In this document: piece by piece, positions 7,361-12,695 of the stretch
Layout of the letters: the number at the start of each line of letters is the position of its first letter
How positions within the stretch are numbered: position 1 is the stretch's first letter
NCBI GenBank assembly: GCA_043228905.1
Contig: JBHGNT010001041.1
Span: forward strand, 1-12,695
Source: Azolla caroliniana
Taxonomy: Eukaryota; Plantae; Polypodiophyta
DNA: 12,695 nucleotides
Direction: 5' to 3'
Position numbers and translations under genes: made by a program
Notes under the pieces: generated by a model
Databases searched by the model: none
Told to the model about the DNA's origin: nothing
The model's input: the letters and a program-made list of their open reading frames with translations, nothing else

Positions 7361-10300
7361 ATTTTTTAATTCCATATCATAGCTAGCGTTGTTAGCTTCG
7401 TTTCGCATGTTTGAACACAAAAATCCGATATCACACGAGCTAGGTATGAACATTTTAATTTACTCAAGGGCTCCACTCAACTCCCTCCTCATGTTTGGTA
7501 ATTTCGTCATGTCTCTCGACCTCAGTTTCAAATTTTTCATTTTTTAATTCCATATCGTAGCTAGCGTTGTTAGCTTCGATTCGCATGTTTGAACACAAAA
7601 ATCAGATATCACACGAGCCAGGTATGAACATTTTATTTAACTCAAGGGCTCCTCTCAACTCCCTCCTCATGTTTGCTAATTTCATCATGTCTCTGGACCT
7701 GAGTTTAAAACTCGATGCTTTTTTAATATCATAGCTAGCGTTGTTAGCTTCGTTTCGCATGTTTGAACACAAAAATCAGATATCACACGAGCCAGGTATG
7801 AACATTTTATTTAACTCAAGGGCTCCTCTCAACTCCCTCCTCGTGTTTGCTAATTTCGTCATGACAGGCACCCTGAGTTTCAAAATCTTCATTTTCTAAT
7901 TCCATATCATAGCTAGCGTTGTTAGCTTCGATTCGCATGTTGGAACACAAAAATCCGATATGACAGGAGCCAGGTATGAACATTTTAATTGTCCTAAAGG
8001 GCTCCTCTCAACTCCCTCGTCATGTTTGCTAATTTCTTCATGTCTCTCGACCTGAGTTACAAAATCTTCATTTTTTAATTCCATATCATAGCTAGGGTTG
8101 TTAGCTTCGATTCGCATATTTGAACACTAAAATCCGATATCACACGAGCCAAGTATGAACATTTTAATTTACTCAAGGGCTCCACTCAACTCCCTCCTCA
8201 TGTTTGGTAATTTCTTCATGTCTCTCGACCCCAGTTTCAAAATCTTGATTTTTTCATTCCATATCATAGCTAGCGTTGTTAGCTTCGTTTCGCATGTTTG
8301 AACACAAAAATCCGATATCACACGAGCCAGGTATGAACATTTTAATTTACTCAAGGGCTCCTCTCAACTCACTCCTCAAATTTGGTAATTTCGTCATGTC
8401 TCTCGACCTGAGTTTCAAAATCTTGATTTTTTAATTCCATATCGTAGCTAGCGTTGTTAGCTTCGATTCGCATGTTTGAACACAAAAATCAGATATCACA
8501 CGAGCCAGGTATGAACATTTTATTTAACTCAAGGGCTCCTCTCAACTCCCTCCTCATGTTTGCTAATTTCGTCATGTCTCTCGACCTGAGTTTCAAAATC
8601 TTGATTTTTTAATTCCATATCATAGCTAGCGTTGTTAGCTTCGTTTCGCATGTTTGAACACAAAGATCCGATATCACACGAGCCAGGTATGAACATTTTA
8701 ATTTCCTCAAGGGCTCCACTCAACCCCCTCCTCATGTTTGGTAATTTCGTCATGTCTCTCGACCCCAGTTTCAAAATCTTGATTTTTTAATTCCATATCA
8801 TAGCCAGCGTTGTTAGCTTCGATACGCATGTTTGAACACAAAAATCCGATATCACACGAGCCAGGTATGAACATTTTAATTTACTCAAGGGCTCCTCTCA
8901 ACTCACTCCTCAAATTTGGTAATTTCGTCATGTCTCTCGACCTGAGTTTCAAAATCTTGATTTTTTAATTCCATATCATAGCTAGCGTTGTTAGCTTCGA
9001 TTCGCATGTTTGAACACTAAAATCCGATATCACACAAGCCAAGTATGAACATTTTAATTTACTCAAGGGCTCCTCTCAACTCACTCGTCAAATTTGGTGA
9101 TTTCCTCATGTCTCTCGACCTGAGTTTCAAAATCTTGATTTTTTAATTCCATATCATAGCTAGCGTTGTTAGCTTCGATTCGCATGTTTGAACACTAAAA
9201 TCCGATATCAAACGAGCCAGGTATGAACATTTTAATTTACTCAAGGGCTCCTCTCAACTCACTCCTCAAATTTGGTAATTTTGTCATGTCTCTCGATCCG
9301 AGTTTCAAAATCTTCATTTTTTAATTCCATATCATAGCTAGCGCTGTGAGCTTCGATTCGCATGTTTGAACACAATAATCCGATATCACACGAGCCAGGT
9401 ATGAACATTTTAATTTTCTCAAGGGCTCCTCTCAACTTGCTCCTCATGTTTGCTAATTTCGTCATGTCTCTCGACCTCAGTTTCAAAAGCTTTATTTTTT
9501 AATTCAATATCATAGCTAGCGTTGTTAGCTTCGATTCACATGTTTCATCACAGAAATCCGATATGACACGAGCCAGGTATGAACATTTTAATTTACTCAA
9601 GGGCTCCTCTCAACTCCCCCCTCATGTTTGCTAATTCGGTCATGTCTCTCGACCTGAGTTTCAAAATCTTGATTTTTTAATTCCATATCATAGCTAGCGT
9701 TGTTAGCTTCGTTCGCATGTTTGAACACAAAAATCCGATATCACACGAGCTAGGTATGAACATTTTAATTTACTCAAGGGCTCCACTCAACTCCCTCCTC
9801 ATGTTTGGTAATTTCGTCATGTCTCTCGACCTCAGTTTCAAATTTTTCATTTTTTAATTCCATATCGTAGCTAGCGTTGTTAGCTTCGATTCGCATGTTT
9901 GAACACAAAAATCAGATATCACACGAGCCAGGTATGAACATTTTATTTAACTCAAGGGCTCCTCTCAACTCCCTCCTCATGTTTGCTAATTTCGTCATGT
10001 CTCTCGACCTGAGTTTCTAAATCTTGATTTTTTAATTCCATATCATAGCTAGCGTTGTTAGCTTCGTTTCGCATGTTTGAACACAAAAATCCGATATCAC
10101 ACGAGCTAGGTATGAACATTTTAATTTACTCAAGGGCTCCACTCAACTCCCTCCTCATGTTTGGTAATTTCGTCATGTCTCTCGACCTCAGTTTCAAATT
10201 TTTCATTTTTTAATTCCATATCGTAGCTAGCGTTGTTAGCTTCGATTCGCATGTTTGAACACAAAAATCAGATATCACACGAGCCAGGTATGAACATTTT

Positions 10301-12695
10301 ATTTAACTCAAGGGCTCCTCTCAACTCCCTCCTCATGTTTGCTAATTTCATCATGTCTCTGGACCTGAGTTTCAAAATCTTGATTTTTTAATTCAATATC
10401 ATAGCTAGCGTTGTTAGCTTCGTTTCGCATGTTTGAACACAAAAATCAGATATCACACGAGCCAGGTATGAACATTTTATTTAACTCAAGGGCTCCTCTC
10501 AACTCCCTCCTCGTGTTTGCTAATTTCGTCATGACAGGCACCCTGAGTTTCAAAATCTTCATTTTCTAATTCCATATCATAGCTAGCGTTGTTAGCTTCG
10601 ATTCGCATGTTGGAACACAAAAATCCGATATGACAGGAGCCAGGTATGAACATTTTAATTGTCCTAAAGGGCTCCTCTCAACTCCCTCGTCATGTTTGCT
10701 AATTTCTTCATGTCTCTCGACCTGAGTTACAAAATCTTCATTTTTTAATTCCATATCATAGCTAGGGTTGTTAGCTTCGATTCGCATATTTGAACACTAA
10801 AATCCGATATCACACGAGCCAAGTATGAACATTTTAATTTACTCAAGGGCTCCACTCAACTCCCTCCTCATGTTTGGTAATTTCTTCATGTCTCTCGACC
10901 CCAGTTTCAAAATCTTGATTTTTTCATTCCATATCATAGCTAGCGTTGTTAGCTTCGTTTCGCATGTTTGAACACAAAAATCCGATATCACACGAGCCAG
11001 GTATGAACATTTTAATTTACTCAAGGGCTCCTCTCAACTCACTCCTCAAATTTGGTAATTTCGTCATGTCTCTCGACCTGAGTTTCAAAATCTTGATTTT
11101 TTAATTCCATATCGTAGCTAGCGTTGTTAGCTTCGATTCGCATGTTTGAACACAAAAATCAGATATCACACGAGCCAGGTATGAACATTTTATTTAACTC
11201 AAGGGCTCCTCTCAACTCCCTCCTCATGTTTGCTAATTTCGTCATGTCTCTCGACCTGAGTTTCAAAATCTTGATTTTTTAATTCCATATCATAGCTAGC
11301 GTTGTTAGCTTCGTTTCGCATGTTTGAACACAAAGATCCGATATCACACGAGCCAGGTATGAACATTTTAATTTCCTCAAGGGCTCCACTCAACCCCCTC
11401 CTCATGTTTGGTAATTTCGTCATGTCTCTCGACCCCAGTTTCAAAATCTTGATTTTTTAATTCCATATCATAGCCAGCGTTGTTAGCTTCGATACGCATG
11501 TTTGAACACAAAAATCCGATATCACACGAGCCAGGTATGAACATTTTAATTTACTCAAGGGCTCCTCTCAACTCACTCCTCAAATTTGGTAATTTCGTCA
11601 TGTCTCTCGACCTGAGTTTCAAAATCTTGATTTTTTAATTCCATATCATAGCTAGCGTTGTTAGCTTCGATTCGCATGTTTGAACACTAAAATCCGATAT
11701 CACACAAGCCAAGTATGAACATTTTAATTTACTCAAGGGCTCCTCTCAACTCACTCGTCAAATTTGGTGATTTCCTCATGTCTCTCGACCTGAGTTTCAA
11801 AATCTTGATTTTTTAATTCCATATCATAGCTAGCGTTGTTAGCTTCGATTCGCATGTTTGAACACTAAAATCCGATATCAAACGAGCCAGGTATGAACAT
11901 TTTAATTTACTCAAGGGCTCCTCTCAACTCACTCCTCAAATTTGGTAATTTTGTCATGTCTCTCGACCCGAGTTTCAAAATCTTCATTTTTTAATTCCAT
12001 ATCATAGCTAGCGCTGTGAGCTTCGATTCGCATGTTTGAACACAATAATCCGATATCACACGAGCCAGGTATGAACATTTTAATTTTCTCAAGGGCTCCT
12101 CTCAACTTGCTCCTCATGTTTGCTAATTTCGTCATGTCTCTCGACCTCAGTTTCAAAAGCTTTATTTTTTAATTCAATATCATAGCTAGCGTTGTTAGCT
12201 TCGATTCACATGTTTCATCACAGAAATCCGATATGACACGAGCCAGGTATGAACATTTTAATTTACTCAAGGGCTCCTCTCAACTCCCCCCTCATGTTTG
12301 CTAATTCGGTCATGTCTCTCGACCTGAGTTTCAAAATCTTGATTTTTTAATTCCATATCATAGCTAGCGTTGTTAGCTTCGTTCGCATGTTTGAACACAA
12401 AAATCCGATATCACACGAGCTAGGTATGAACATTTTAATTTACTCAAGGGCTCCACTCAACTCCCTCCTCATGTTTGGTAATTTCGTCATGTCTCTCGAC
12501 CTCAGTTTCAAATTTTTCATTTTTTAATTCCATATCGTAGCTAGCGTTGTTAGCTTCGATTCGCATGTTTGAACACAAAAATCAGATATCACACGAGCCA
12601 GGTATGAACATTTTATTTAACTCAAGGGCTCCTCTCAACTCGCTCCTCATGTTTGCTAATTTCGTCATGTCTCTCGACCTGAGTTTCTAAATCTT
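7361..12695. repeat. Higher-order repeat: two near-identical 15-monomer (2670-bp) units, about 7361-10026 and 10027-12695
   Basis: Track ORF pairs 7896/10566, 8169/10839, 8529/11199 and 9259/11929 are all offset by 2670 = 15x178. 10011-10025 equals 12681-12695. Differences seen by eye: the 7707-7727 cluster, t9297 vs c11967, and c9972 vs g12642. Confidence 0.93.

Larger units (their letters stand above)
1876..12695. repeat. Tandem satellite array, 178-bp monomer, about 61 copies, all in the same orientation (centromere-like by size and organisation)
   Basis: The anchor tcaaggg recurs at 2123, 2301 and 2479 (period 178). Approximate consensus: cctgagtttcaaaatcttgattttttaattccatatcatagctagcgttgttagcttcgattcgcatgtttgaacacaaaaatccgatatcacacgagccaggtatgaacattttaatttactcaagggctcctctcaactccctcctcatgtttggtaatttcgtcatgtctctcga. 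177- and 179-bp variants occur. Centromeric function is inferred, not shown. Confidence 0.98.

Noticed and set aside
3093-12156. Fourteen short minus-strand ORFs (61-84 aa) in the ORF track
   Set aside because: All are translations of the 178-bp satellite in rotating frames, recur with the HOR period and show no recognisable domain.
1876-12695. CRISPR array or RT-associated prokaryotic system (RT-Cas1, retron, DGR, group II intron)
   Set aside because: The repeats are contiguous 178-bp monomers without unique spacers, there are no cas or accessory genes, and the RT motifs are PLE-type.
1-12695. Arabidopsis thaliana CEN178/CEN180 satellite
   Set aside because: Same length, but the sequence does not resemble that consensus as I recall it, and monomers lack a regular HindIII site. 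A BLAST search is needed to be definitive.

Overview
Eukaryotic-type heterochromatic or centromere-like DNA. About 87% of the window is a head-to-tail 178-bp tandem satellite (about 39% GC by hand count of one monomer): one monomer at 1-183 and about 61 monomers at 1876-12695. The array has nested higher-order structure: 2-mer and 5-mer duplications and two near-identical 2670-bp (15-mer) copies at about 7361-12695. It is interrupted by one ~1.69-kb unique insert (184-1875) encoding an uninterrupted Penelope-like element (PLE) reverse transcriptase. The reading frame is open from 300, not just from the ATG at 531, and carries the PLE N-terminal NLS..LT..E..LL..GL motif. There is no GIY-YIG endonuclease, and the stop codon is supplied by the satellite. 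There is no short target-site duplication; both junctions carry small locally templated duplications, including a 9-nt repeat whose template has a telomerase-like layout. All minus-strand ORFs are artefacts of the satellite. Host species and satellite family cannot be identified from the sequence alone.
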